A stretch of 63,332 bases of DNA, the filler included, from Chrysochromulina tobinii (Eukaryota): NCBI GenBank assembly GCA_001275005.1. It is 4 parts of 4 records of this genome, joined end to end, with 100 filler letters (N's around TTAATTAATTAA, not from the genome) between each part and the next. Parts side by side here need not be neighbours in the genome. Positions count along the whole stretch, not along the records: positions 39,474 to 58,759 come from JWZX01001256.1; 3 more parts are not named here. One strand, 5' to 3'. Of this stretch, positions 44,220-55,452 are shown in pieces (position 1 is the first letter of the stretch; each line of letters begins with the position of its first letter). Position numbers and translations under genes: made by a program. The notes below the pieces were generated by a model that made no database searches, had not been told where the DNA came from, and saw only the letters and a list, made by a program, of their open reading frames with translations.

Positions 44220-47059
44220 TCACACCGCCCACAGGTGCAACGCTCGATCATAAAACGAGCACGTCGCTGCGACCATACGCTCGCCCGTCTCGGCGCCCCT
44301 GGAGGTTGCCCCCGCCGCCTCCACCGCCGACCCCCCAGATGGCGGCTGGACGATGGATCCGGCGAGGACGACGCCAAGGAACGTGCCCGTGCCCTCGTCA
44401 CGCAAAGGGGCCACAAACGACACCAGCCGATCTCCGGTGGCTGGGTCAACGTAAGGGTCAGTCCAGCGAGCCTCGGCCGAGATTGGATCTCCCTCGGCCG
44501 AGATTGAATCTCCCTCAGCCGAGATTGAATCTCCTTCGGCCGAGATTGAATCTCGAAAGGCGACGAGCCAGGGCCGCGAGCGCACGTCCCAGGTGGCGCC
44601 GTCCTGAGCGCGCCACTCGTAGATCACGTCGCCCTCCTCACCTGCACTCAGACGCCATCAGACGCAATCAGACACACTCGGACACAATCAGACGCAATCA
44701 CAGAGGCAATCAGACGCAATCAGAGGCCATCAGAGGCCATCAGAGACACTCAGAGGCCATCAGAGGCCATCAGACGCAATCAGAGGCCATCAGAGGGCTC
44801 ACCGAGACAGCGCCAGACGCCAGGCTCCCCCACTGTCATCGTCAACGTCGAGCCATAAGCGAGCTCGCCTGATGAGGGAGGCCATCAGAGGCTCATCAGC
44901 ATGCAATCGTCAACGTCGAGCCATATGCGAGCTCGCCTGAGCTCGAGAGGATCTCGCGATCAGACGCAATCAGACGCAATCAGACGCAATCAGAGGTCAT
45001 CGTCGAGCCGTATGCGAGCTCGCCTGAGCTCGAGAGGATCTCGCGGTCGATTCCGTATGCCGCGTAGTATGTGCCATCGAGCGCTGACGCGACGCCGAGC
45101 ACCTAATGAGGGAGGCCATCAGAGGGTCATCAGTGTGCAATCAGAGACCATCGAGCGCTGACGCGACGCCGAGCACTTCGATCGAGAGAGGGGCGTCCCT
45201 AAACAGGCAATCACCTTCGAGTGAGAGAGGGACGTCCCTAAATAGGCAAGCAGCGCCGTCGGAATGCATGCACGGATCTTATCGAGCAACGCCTCCCGCC
45301 CGTGTGAGAGCGGCTCGGCTCCAAGACAGTCACGCAGCTTCAAAGCCGCCGACTCACACGCGTGACGCAGCAGCTGTTCAGAGCCCTCGGAGGTCCTTGC
45401 CTGATTAGGAGTGCCGTCGGAGGTCCTTGCCTTATTAGGAGAGCGCCGCCAGTCTGCACCGTATCCGAGGCCGCCCGCGCCAAGCCCGTGGGCCGTGTAC
45501 TTCGCAATCTGCTCGAGGGTCACGACGAGATTCTTAGTCACCACCTCCTTCTCCTTCTCCACCTCGCCCACCACCTCGTCCTTCTCCTCCTCCTCCTCCT
45601 CCGCCACCACCGCCCGGAGCACGGCGAATCCCGCATGCATACGCGCTGCTAAGAGCACCTTCGGACGCTCCGGATGCCATCGGAGACGCCACACGCCACC
45701 GCCGTCGCCGCCCTCCTCGGCAAGGGGCGCGCGGAGCTGCCGCGTGTCCCACAGGCGGACGGTTTCGTCATAGGAGCCCGTCGCGAGCAGGTGCTCGTGA
45801 TCGGGACAGGGCGCGATGCAGCACACCTGATGCAAACGGGCCATCAGAGCCGCAATCAGCATGCAAACGAGCCATCAGAACCGCAATCCGCATGCAAATG
45901 GGCCATCAGAGCCGCAATCAGCATGCAAATGGGCCATCAGAGCCGCAATCAGCAGATGCCCGTGATCGGGGCAGGGCGCGATGCAATACAGCAGCAGCAT
46001 GCGCTCGAGACGGCGCTCGTCCAGGTGCGCGCCGAGCTGAGCGCCGAGCTGAGCGCCGAGCTGAGCGCTAGCTGGGAGGCGCGCCTGGCGGCGGTGGAGG
46101 CGGAGCGTTTGGGCTGGCGCTCAACACGGCGCGTGAGGGCTGGCGCGAGGCGGCGGCCCTGTGTGGATTTCCAATTGAGTCGCAATCAATGGCCAATCCA
46201 TGGCCAGTCGCACCCCGGCCCTATGCGGATTTCCAATTGAGTCGCAATCAATGGCCAATCCATGGCCAGTCGCACCCCGGCCCTATGCGGATTTCCAATT
46301 GAGTTGCAAGCAATGGCCAATCAATGGCCAATCAACGGCCAGTCGCACCCCGGCCCTATGCGATTTGCGGTTGGTCGCCGTCGCCGAGGGTGTTCCACAG
46401 CCACCGTCGTCGTCGATGGCAGTGCGCAGATCCCAACGCTTGAAGAGGCCGTCGTCTGCGCCCGAGTAGAGCGTGTGCTCGTCATGCCATCCGAACGCCA
46501 CTGCCCAGCCCTCCAGCTCATGCGCCTGCCACGCCGTCAGCAGCCGAAGACCGCCCTCAGCTAGAGCACCGACGTATACCTTGCCTGCGGTGCTGCTGAG
46601 TGCGAGGCGTGTGAAGGGCGTGTCACTCCATGCGAGGCTCATGCACACGCCCGCATCCTCACACGCCATACTTCCGGCGTCCACGAGCTCCGATCCGCGC
46701 CCGTTTCCATCCGCGCACCCAGCGGCGGCAGCAGCGTCGGCACCGCGCAGCGAGTAGAGATGCGCAGTTCCCGCGGCGGTGGCGAGCGCGAGCACGTGAG
46801 GTCCACCAGGCCGAGGGGGTAGCCACGCGCAGTCCAGGACGCCGGTGCCCTCGATCGCATGGGTCTCGACAAGTGCGTCCGCCGCGGTGGAAAGCAGCGC
46901 GAGCCTCCCGATGCGCCCTCCACTCACCGTTGATGGATCCGCGTCCGGAGTCAGTTCGTAGCTCCCACAAGCCAGCAGATGCTCGTGCCCCTCGTAGGGG
47001 CAGAAGGCAACAACGTCCGCGTTCAGAGGCGTTCCCTGCGAGGCAAGGGTGGTGGGCAT
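44220..47059 (-). CDS. DPH7: Diphthine methylesterase DPH7/WDR85 (WD40) with an internal Cache-like insertion
   Basis: ADVVAFCP, LACGSYEL, GVLDCAW, AHELEGW, YSGADDG...WDLR, H.AGVCCI, LATGSYDE.VRLWD.R, GGGVWRLRWHP, MHAGF, YGADW, and terminal ATCSFYDRALHLW. Intron 46348-45827 plus others. Confidence 0.88.
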
Positions 47060-47270
47060 GATGCTCCGCCTCGCCCGTCGGGACCCCCCTGGCGGCCCGC
47101 GTCCCGGGGCTTCTTCCGTCTCGGCGCAAAAAGTTGCCTCTGGCAAAGGCTCTACACCAACGAGCCTTCAGTCGCCACGTGTGTGGGCGGTCTTCACATG
47201 AACGTGTCGCGTCCGACGGTTCGGCTCTCGCGTTGGTCCCTTATCGCTGCCGCCTTGCTCGGACGCGCTC

Positions 47271-48599
47271 ATGGCAGATCCGGAGCGCCAACCTGCGTCC
47301 AACAAGCCCTACCTGGGCGCCTTCTACCTCCGTGACGAGGCTTGCTACCGCATCATCGAGGCCACCGGCCCGAGCACCGTCTCCGTGAAAGGCGTCGACG
47401 AGCCGGGCGGCAAAGAGTGGACGACGACAGGCGAGGTGTTCAAAAAGGGCCTCGCCTTGGACTACAAGTTCAGGGCGGTCGAGCGCGACGTCTTCGGGCG
47501 CATCATTGGCGCCGGCGCCATCAGGTGGGAGTGGCCCAAGGACGACCAGTGGGAGCGCCTCCTCTCGTGGAAGAGCGCAGCGACACCGTACCTCGGCAAG
47601 TACGTCGACGCGACCAACCCGCAGAAGTTTCGGACTTTGGAGCCCGGCGCCGTGGGCACCACCTCAAAGGTGCTCCTGCGCGGCGCCGATGTCCAGGAGG
47701 GAGGCGACTTCAAACAGTGGACGGCCTCTGGCTCCGTGACAGCGGATGGCCTGGTGCTTGATCTCTCGAAGATGCCCGGCGGCGGCGGCGGCAGAAATGA
47801 GAAGGCGACGCTGATGGTGGGCGGCGGGCTGCAGTTTTCGGACAAGAGCGGCACCGTGTGGAAGCGGCTGCCCCCCAAGGAGTACATCAACGAGTTCGCG
47901 CGCTTGCACGACATCCAGGCCAAGCTGACCGTGGTCCTGAACGAGCTGGTCTTTGACGAGCAGTTTGCGGCATATTCGATACCAGAAGATCCTCTGAAGA
48001 GATTTGCGGAGCTGCTGATGGCGCGAATCTCGGGTGGAGCGCCCGAGGCGGCGGCGACGCAGACCTCGCGACCGATGACTGCCAAGCCCGACCAGCCCGC
48101 GGGCACGCAGATGACGCCTCGTCATGCAATCTCGAATCGCGAGGATCCTCGGAGTCTCGTCCATCTCGAGACCCAGATGACACCTCGGGATCCCGGAGAT
48201 GCCGAGACCCAGATGACCCCGCGCACGGCGGACGAGATCGAGACGCAAACGTCGCGCCCCGGAACGCGCCCCGCCTCACGGGAAGGCGCTCTTGTGCTTC
48301 GGTACGGCTTTGGCGGCGAGGGTGCCCCTGCGCCGGCGGCCAGTTCCGTCAGTTTCGTCGAGGACCATTTCCCAAACCCCCCGATGTCTCCGATTGGCGA
48401 GGACGGGCCGTTGGATGCCGAGGGGGACGAGGGCGGCGCCGGCGCATCGGCAGAGGAGCACGCGTTGGACGGCAGCTCGCTAGCAGAGGATCTCGCAGCG
48501 GCTCCGGCTGAAGGAGGAGCTGACGGAGGGGCAGCTCCGGCGGCGTCCGATCCCACGGCACCGCCTCCCGAGGCGCCGCCGGCCGCTGACGCCGCGTGA
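47271..48599 (+). CDS. Hypothetical protein: two repeated beta domains + RIIa/Dpy-30-like helix pair + acidic tail
   Basis: Duplicated PYLG.Y.....R.+E....V.++G.D.....WT..G.V...GL.LD unit; IQAKLTVVLNELV...PEDPLKRFAELL; TQMTPR repeats. Confidence 0.7.
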   Translation: MADPERQPASNKPYLGAFYLRDEACYRIIEATGPSTVSVKGVDEPGGKEWTTTGEVFKKGLALDYKFRAVERDVFGRIIGAGAIRWEWPKDDQWERLLSWKSAATPYLGKYVDATNPQKFRTLEPGAVGTTSKVLLRGADVQEGGDFKQWTASGSVTADGLVLDLSKMPGGGGGRNEKATLMVGGGLQFSDKSGTVWKRLPPKEYINEFARLHDIQAKLTVVLNELVFDEQFAAYSIPEDPLKRFAELLMARISGGAPEAAATQTSRPMTAKPDQPAGTQMTPRHAISNREDPRSLVHLETQMTPRDPGDAETQMTPRTADEIETQTSRPGTRPASREGALVLRYGFGGEGAPAPAASSVSFVEDHFPNPPMSPIGEDGPLDAEGDEGGAGASAEEHALDGSSLAEDLAAAPAEGGADGGAAPAASDPTAPPPEAPPAADAA

Positions 48600-48950
48600 T
48601 CTATGCTCACGCACGAGAGAGACGAGAGCCCCTGGTCTCTCCACGGTCCGCACTCTCTACGTTCACCAGATTACACCACACACCACACATGACCGGACTC
48701 CACGATACAGTACGCCGGGCCACAACAACGCATGACGAATGTATAATGGTGTAATAGACAAATAGACCAGCAGGGAGTTAGAGGGGAGTGCGAAACTGCG
48801 AATAGAGCGCCAGTCCGCGAGGCGGCTCGGCCTTATCCTTTTTTGGGTGCAAGTTGGCGGAAATCACAAACGGTGGCCGTATCCGAGAGTTTGTTGAACA
48901 TCTTTGAACCCCGGCCAGGCCAGCCGCCTCAGGAGCTGCGTGCAGTTCAC

Positions 48951-50645
48951 ATGATGCGCGCAGCTCGTTTGCTGCTGGCGATGTGCGCCGTCCCGTGCGC
49001 GGGCTGGCGTACGATCACGCAGACTAGTTACGGCGGCCAGATCTCGCAAATCCGGCAGCAGATGAGCGGCACTAGTTCCGCGAGCGTGTACCAGCGGCTC
49101 GGCTGGATGTGGACGTGGCCCGCAAGCGCGAGCGACACTACCGGGCTTGGCGGGGGGGTCACGTGGGCGTGGGATCCAGAGCTCTGCGATCTTCTGTTGC
49201 CCATCTTCCGCGAGCGCTTCACAACCGTCTCCTTCATCGATTGCTCCTGGATCAAGGCCGCCATGCATAGCGCTTTTGATACATGGTCGCAAAACCATCC
49301 GTACATCACCTTCCGGGAAGTGACCGACATGTGTGAGTCGACAGGTCAATTGCAGCCGGGCACCACTGGCTGCTCACACGCCGAGATCTGGGTGACGAAG
49401 AAGAATATGAGCAATCCTACCGTATCGGCGGATCAGGCGGCGCGCGCCGGCGCCACGCAGGCGTTTGTCTCGAGCAGCTTTCGGTTCACGAACGGCCAAG
49501 CGGCGCGGCAGCAGCTGATCGAGGTTACTCGGGGCTCCATCCAGTTTGCGTATGAGGAACCCATGTGCTGGTACTTGGACAGTGGCTTTTGCGCCGGCTT
49601 CCACCGCTTGAAGCAAAGTTCCTCGCCGGAAGCGGCCCTTGCAGGCGGCGTTGGGCTGCTGTTCTCCGTTTGGAGCATCGCGATGTTGTCCGTGGCTTAT
49701 TCGGTAGTTAGGGCCGTCAAGCGCCAGCTGACAACGATGCTTGTCGAAGATCTGGCCGTCTCAGATCTCGACGGCGATGGCAAAGTCGACGCCACTGAGG
49801 TCGCACAGCATGTCGTGAAGCGATCGTACAAGAGGACGCAAGCGTTCCTCAACGCGCTGGCGGAGGAGGCGATCCTGCTGACCGCGCTCAAGTTCACGGT
49901 CCTGCTCATCCCGTGGCCCTTTTACGTGTATGTCTTCCAGGTGTGCTGGGACTGCTACGATTTCGAGGCGGCGGCGGCGCACGAGGTCGGCCATCTCCTC
50001 GGCCTCAGCCATCCGGACACGAAGGACCGGGAGCTGCGTCCTCCATTCACCTCAACCGGACAGAACTCGTACAACGCCCTGCTCGCCGCGGGAAATGTGA
50101 TGAACTCGTCCACGTGCGGCAATCCATGGGATTACGTACGAGAATGGGATCCAGTGGGGGACCCCGACGCACCCGTGTACCAGGGTGTCCAACTGACGGC
50201 CGCAGGAACGCGGATGGCCATCATGGAGGCCTTCACGACGCACAACCCATCCGTGTGCCTCTCGCAGGACGACTACGAGGGCCTTCTCACACTCTACCCC
50301 GTGTGCGGCAGCGGCATGCCCCCAGAGCCCACGTGCATCAAGACCAAGGTCAGCATCGGCGCCTTGCGCGTCTCCGTCTTCGTCCTCGCCCCTTTCATCT
50401 TCTCTCTGCTCATCGCGATCCTCGTCCACTGCTGCGTCGAACGCGCGGCCAAGGAACAACTCGATGAGCAGAAGCGTCGTAAATTGGAGAAAAGGAAGGA
50501 GGCTAGGGAAGCGAAGCGAAAGACGAGCTTGGAGGACGGCACGCAAGAGGGCAGTCTAGCGAGGATTGGCTTCTCCGGCGACAAGGTCCTACCAAACAAG
50601 GGGTCGCCTGGGCCGCCAGCCGTCGATCCATTGTATGTTGACTGA
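48951..50645 (+). CDS. Membrane-anchored M10/matrixin-like metzincin with internal TM hairpin and EF-hand
   Basis: Signal peptide; AMHSAFDTW...ITFREV; HEVGHLLGLSH; Met-turn AIMEAF; LSQDDYEGLLTLYP; C-terminal TM. Confidence 0.85.
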   Translation: MMRAARLLLAMCAVPCAGWRTITQTSYGGQISQIRQQMSGTSSASVYQRLGWMWTWPASASDTTGLGGGVTWAWDPELCDLLLPIFRERFTTVSFIDCSWIKAAMHSAFDTWSQNHPYITFREVTDMCESTGQLQPGTTGCSHAEIWVTKKNMSNPTVSADQAARAGATQAFVSSSFRFTNGQAARQQLIEVTRGSIQFAYEEPMCWYLDSGFCAGFHRLKQSSSPEAALAGGVGLLFSVWSIAMLSVAYSVVRAVKRQLTTMLVEDLAVSDLDGDGKVDATEVAQHVVKRSYKRTQAFLNALAEEAILLTALKFTVLLIPWPFYVYVFQVCWDCYDFEAAAAHEVGHLLGLSHPDTKDRELRPPFTSTGQNSYNALLAAGNVMNSSTCGNPWDYVREWDPVGDPDAPVYQGVQLTAAGTRMAIMEAFTTHNPSVCLSQDDYEGLLTLYPVCGSGMPPEPTCIKTKVSIGALRVSVFVLAPFIFSLLIAILVHCCVERAAKEQLDEQKRRKLEKRKEAREAKRKTSLEDGTQEGSLARIGFSGDKVLPNKGSPGPPAVDPLYVD

Positions 50646-50987
50646 GAGGTCAGAGTTGGGAGCGGAAGAGCGCCTTATACCGTGCCTCATAAGGGTGATA
50701 TGGGCATGCACTCTTGACTTCACGCTGCGAGGCCGAGGGTGCTGGGGGAATCCACGGGCGTGGACCGACCTGGACCAGGGTCTTGACCGGATCAGTAGTA
50801 AAGGGACGCTCGTGCGCGGTCGGTACTCATTTGTCATCAAAAGGTCTTTTCTCGAAATATGGCGAAGACAACTTTTGTCAACAGGTTTACTCCGTCGCTG
50901 CACGCTTCAAAACCCGCAAAGGCCAAACATGGCCAAAGCAACGATTGGGGGGTTTGTTCCATTTAGGGTGTGACTCGAAACTGTGTT

Positions 50988-52610
50988 GTAACCACCGTGA
51001 CCGATGTAACTGAACAACTGAGGTGAGCTCATGATATGACGCCCCGCCATGGGCATGGCGGCGCTGGCGGACACTGATCGTTTGCACCTCGTCCGGGCCA
51101 CCACCGGCCTACCCGACCGGCAGGCGGCACGGCTAGTACGCGACCCAGTCCGCGCACATGTCCGCGCACGGGCCGTGGGCAACATGTGCGATTGATGACG
51201 GACGATTGTGGAGAGTTTGACCGGTGCCACGTGGAGTGAGCGACATTGCGTTGTGGAGACACGCGACAATAGAGAGCCTCGCTCCTGACCGCGCTCGCTC
51301 TTCGCTCCCCAAGATCTTGGAACGACAGGAACGGTCTAACCTGAAGTCCGCCAAGCACGGCCTGGGTGTCCATGCTTTCCACCGCCAAGGAGATCGCCAA
51401 GGAGATCGCCGAGGTCTGCTCCTGGAAGCTCGCCGAGGTCCGCTCCGAGCTCAGACCTCAGTTCCCGAGGTCTGCTCCTGGGAGCTCCGAGGTCACGTCC
51501 TCCTCAGAGCGGAGGAGCTCCTCTGCAATCTCCTCTGCGATCTCCTCGGGGATCGAGGCCGAGGAGGAGGAGGTGTCGAGCTCCTCAGAAATCGAGCCGA
51601 GCGCCGACAAGGAGGAGAAGGACGACGACGACGATGAGGGACACTCGAACCGCGGGCTCATCGGATCCAGCCCAAAGTGACTGTGGCTGCTGCCACCCGC
51701 CAAGGCCGCGTCCGCCAGCACTCCGAGAGCACTTGACGACGGGCCGGGCGCCGCCTGAGCCGTGGTGATCGCGGGAGGCTCGTCCACGTCCACCTCGGCA
51801 GGCGCACCCTCCTCTTCCTTGCCATGGCTCTTGTCCTCGCTCGAGGTCGAACCCTTTTCGTCGCTCGGGCTCCAGCAGATGCCGTCGGTGCGCTGCTTCT
51901 GCTCGGAGTACAGACGTCGGATCTCGGCGTCGTCATCGGCCGGACGTTCGCCACGGCGCCGCTTGTGCCGGTGCGAGCTCGTGTCGAGCACGGGCCGGAA
52001 GAGTGTCGCGACCGTCAGAGACGAGCTGAAGGGCTCCCGCCGACTGGCCGCGTGCACCGGCGTTGCTGGAGGCGGCGGCGGCAACATCTGGCAGATGGCA
52101 ATGAGGTCGACGATGCCGATCTCGCGCAGCGCCTCAGAGAGGTCGAGCTTGACGAGCGCCTGATCTGCTACCAGACGGATGACCGTGCCCGTTCCTTCGC
52201 CACGCGCACTGACACGCGTGCCAACGACAATGCACATGGCGATTGTAAGGGCTCTGAGCGGGGCGGAGACGCTTTTGTGCGCCTCTGAGGCTCTGAGGGA
52301 AAAAGCCGCCGTCTTGGGCGCTGCGCGATCGCCTTATTAGCGCACAATAATCTCCTCAAATCACGCGTGCGATCACCGGCGTCAGACATGCGGACCATTC
52401 GCGTACTAGCCGTGCCGCCTGCCGGTCGGGTAGGCCGGTGGTGGCCCGGACGAGGTGCAAACGATCAAGCAAGCAATTCAACTTTCAACATTCAAGAAGC
52501 ACGATTAGCAAACGATCAGTGTCCCGTCCGCCAGCGCCGCCATGCCCATGGCGGGGCGTCAAATCATGAGCTCACCTCAATTGTTCAATTACATCGGTCA
52601 CGGTGGTTAC
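50988..52610. mobile_element. Non-autonomous long-TIR (foldback/MULE-like) element carrying an ORF
   Basis: 50988-51143 is the near-perfect reverse complement of 52399-52610 (right arm has two small insertions). No transposase and no clear TSD. Confidence 0.75.
51458..52237 (-). CDS. Cargo ORF: SH3/Tudor/KOW-like N-terminus plus acidic Ser-rich tail
   Basis: 259-aa ATG ORF between the TIRs; IVVGTRVSARGEGTGTVIRL...ALVKLD. Confidence 0.45.
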   Translation of the reverse strand: MCIVVGTRVSARGEGTGTVIRLVADQALVKLDLSEALREIGIVDLIAICQMLPPPPPATPVHAASRREPFSSSLTVATLFRPVLDTSSHRHKRRRGERPADDDAEIRRLYSEQKQRTDGICWSPSDEKGSTSSEDKSHGKEEEGAPAEVDVDEPPAITTAQAAPGPSSSALGVLADAALAGGSSHSHFGLDPMSPRFECPSSSSSSFSSLSALGSISEELDTSSSSASIPEEIAEEIAEELLRSEEDVTSELPGADLGN

Positions 52611-52774
52611 TGTACCAGCGGGCGGGCGGCGACCCTGGCACGACTGACAGCGGTTCACGACTCACCTCTCATGACGTGATGCTGCCCGCAGCTCGCGCGC
52701 CGTCCCGGGCGCTCTGTGAGGCGATCCTACCGATCTCCCAACAGCGTGCTGCGCTGCTGCCGCGCAGCTCACGC

Positions 52775-52899
52775 GCCGTCGCGGGCGCCGTCGGCGAGGG
52801 GAGGCGCGGCGGGCGCCAGCGTGCTGAGCGCCGTGGCGCCGTCGCGGGCGCCGTCGGCGAGGGGAGGCGCGGCGGGCGCCAGCGTGCTGAGCGCCGTGG
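52775..52899. repeat. 63-nt tandem duplication x2
   Basis: Copies start at 52775 and 52838. Confidence 0.85.
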
Positions 52900-53033
52900 T
52901 GAGCTGTGCGCGTGCAGAGAGGAGGGGTGATGGAAGGACATACGGCGTCGCCCCATCTCCTCTGCCAAAGTCGGAGGGCAACGGTCATCAGTTGCAATCG
53001 GTGGCAATCGGAGGTCATCAGTGGCAATCACAC

Positions 53034-55256
53034 CTGGCCTCAAGCTGAAGCAGCGCCTCATCCGTGGCAAGAAAGTCAAGCATTGCGGACGGCGTCAGAC
53101 CGAACTGAGGCGAGAGCTGCGAGGCGAGATCGCTCGAGATCGATGAGTGCCAATCAGAGCCAATCAGTGGCAATCAGTGGCAATCAGAGCCTATCAGAGC
53201 CAATCCAAGCCAATCCGAGGCAATCAGTGGCAATCCGTGGCACTCACTTGCGAGGCAAACTCTTGGAGCTCACGCGGCGTCTCGAGCGCGCCCAGGAAGC
53301 TCATCACACCGCTCGCGCTCAGGCACTGCACCGCGTCGTAACGGGCGCTCAGGCAGCCCATATTAGGCAATTGCGTCGAGCTCAGCGCGGAGGTGGCGCC
53401 GTGTTGGGCGCCTGCGCCGGGCGCCTGCCCGGCGAATGAGACGAGATCGAGATCGCTCGAGATCGGTGAGTGCCAGTCAGAGCCAATCAGAGCCAATCAG
53501 AGCCTATCAGAGCCAATCAGAGCCAATCAGAGCCTTTCAGAGCCACTCGGTGGCCCTCACCTGCCCGGAGATCGTGACGAGCTTGAGGTCGGTCGCGCCC
53601 ACGGGACGTTTGGTTCGTAGTTTCGATTTGGAGCCGCCGGAGCCTTTGCCTGGGCTGCTGCCGCCACCATCCTCGCCGGCGGCGCTGGCGCTGGCGCTGG
53701 CGTTGGCGTTGGCGTTGGTGCTGCTGCTGCTGCTGCAGGGCGGAGGAGGCGGCATCATGTCCCTCGGCATCATGTCCCAAGTCGCCGCCGCCACCGCCGC
53801 CACCGACGCCGCAGACAGCCCGCTCGCCATCGCACCCCCCTGCGAAGCGCCGTGCTGGGCGGTAGCGCCGTGTTGGGCGACAGCGCCGTGTTGAGCGGAC
53901 GTCGCCCCGGCACTACGGCTTCGCTTCGCGGCTGGCTCGGGCGCCCGCGACGGCGCTCGCCTCGCCGCCGTCGCCGGCAGCGCCGCGCCCGAGTCCGCGC
54001 CGTACTGAGCGCTTGCATGCGCGCCCCCGCGTGCTCCTCGCACGGCTTCCGCAGGCACGCCGGGGTGGATGACGTCGGGGAATTCGGGCAGCTCTGATGA
54101 CGTCCTCATCACGTCATCAGCGGCGCCGCCGAGCACGTCGGCGAGCGCTGCCGTCATCGGTGAGGCTCCAATCGAGAGGACATCTCCAATCGAGCCGCCG
54201 ACCGCCGCCGACGAAGCTGACGAAATTGACCAGACCGACGAGATTGACGAGATTGACGAGACTGCGCCCGCAGCCGGTTTCGTCACTGGCGGCGGTTTCG
54301 CGAGGGTGCCGCCATGCTCAGGCGGATACGCGCCCGGGCTCGGCGTCGCACCGATGGCATTCTGCAGCCGGGCGGTCGCGTCGAGCAGCTCGGCTGGCGT
54401 TCGCGCGCGCTGTGAACGAGGGTGTGAACGAGGGACGAGGCGCCGTGGTGAGCATGCAGAGGCGAGGCGGGAGAGGGCATTCAGACGAGTCCTAAGATGG
54501 CACTCGTCCCAAATTGGCACGCGTCCCAGAAAGGCAATCGAGGTCCCACTCACGAGCATGCAATCGAGGGCCCACTCGCGAGCATGCAATCGAGGGCACA
54601 CTCACGAGCATGCAAAGCAGCGCATCCAGACCGCCTTGAGCGACCGCCGAGCGCGGCGCAGAGCCCTCGACGACAGGGAAATCGATGAGCTGCGCGAGCG
54701 ACGACTGCGGGTTCGTGCGCAGCAGGTTGTTGATCTTCGCCGCCTCGATGTGCGTCGGCGTGCCCATCGTCCTCGACGGCTCCGTGCCCGGAAGCGACGG
54801 CAGCCCCTCCGGGAAGCCCTTGGGTAGCTGGCCGTCCACGAGCATGTGTGCGATGTTCTCGCCGCGGCGGAGCGCCGAGTTCCAATGGTTCTTGACCGCG
54901 TTGTCCGTGCGCCCGGGTAGGTACTTGGCAATGTCCGCCCACTTGTTGCCAAACTCGTCGTGGAGCTGCATGAGCTTGCGGTCCTCGTCCAGCGACCAGG
55001 CGGACTTGTTGATGTCGTGGTCGAGGTGGTTGTGCCAGCGCTCGCGGCACTGCTTGCCCGTGCGCCCGGGCAGCGACAGCGCCACAGTCGTCCATGCGCG
55101 CGTCCCGTGCTGGTGCACGAGGGCGCGCACGGTGTCGTCCTCGAGCTGGGTCCACTGCTTGCGCTGCGTCCCCGATCCTCGCGCGGAGACTTCTTCGTCG
55201 TCCGCATCGATCGAAGCCTCGACGATCTGGGCGCTCGAGGATCCCGCGTCGCTCAT
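53034..55256 (-). CDS. R2R3-type MYB transcription factor, at least 4 exons (3' end uncertain)
   Basis: WTQLEDD...W...LPGRTGKQCRERWHNHL...WSLDED...GNKWADIAKYLPGRTDNAVKNHWNS. Introns 54605-54410, 53560-53425, 53247-53105. Confidence 0.92.
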
Positions 55257-55452
55257 CGCGTCGCCGTCACGGGAGTGCGCGACCCAATCGGGGTGGCGGA
55301 GCCCACCCTGAACGCCTCACGGCAACTATGAAATCGCAATCAAACAAAAATTACGAAGAAAGAGGAGTCGACATTCGCAGGTGTAACGAGATTCAAGTTC
55401 CAATGAGTCATTCACACTTGAAGTGACCGACGAGTTCCAACGTCCATACACC

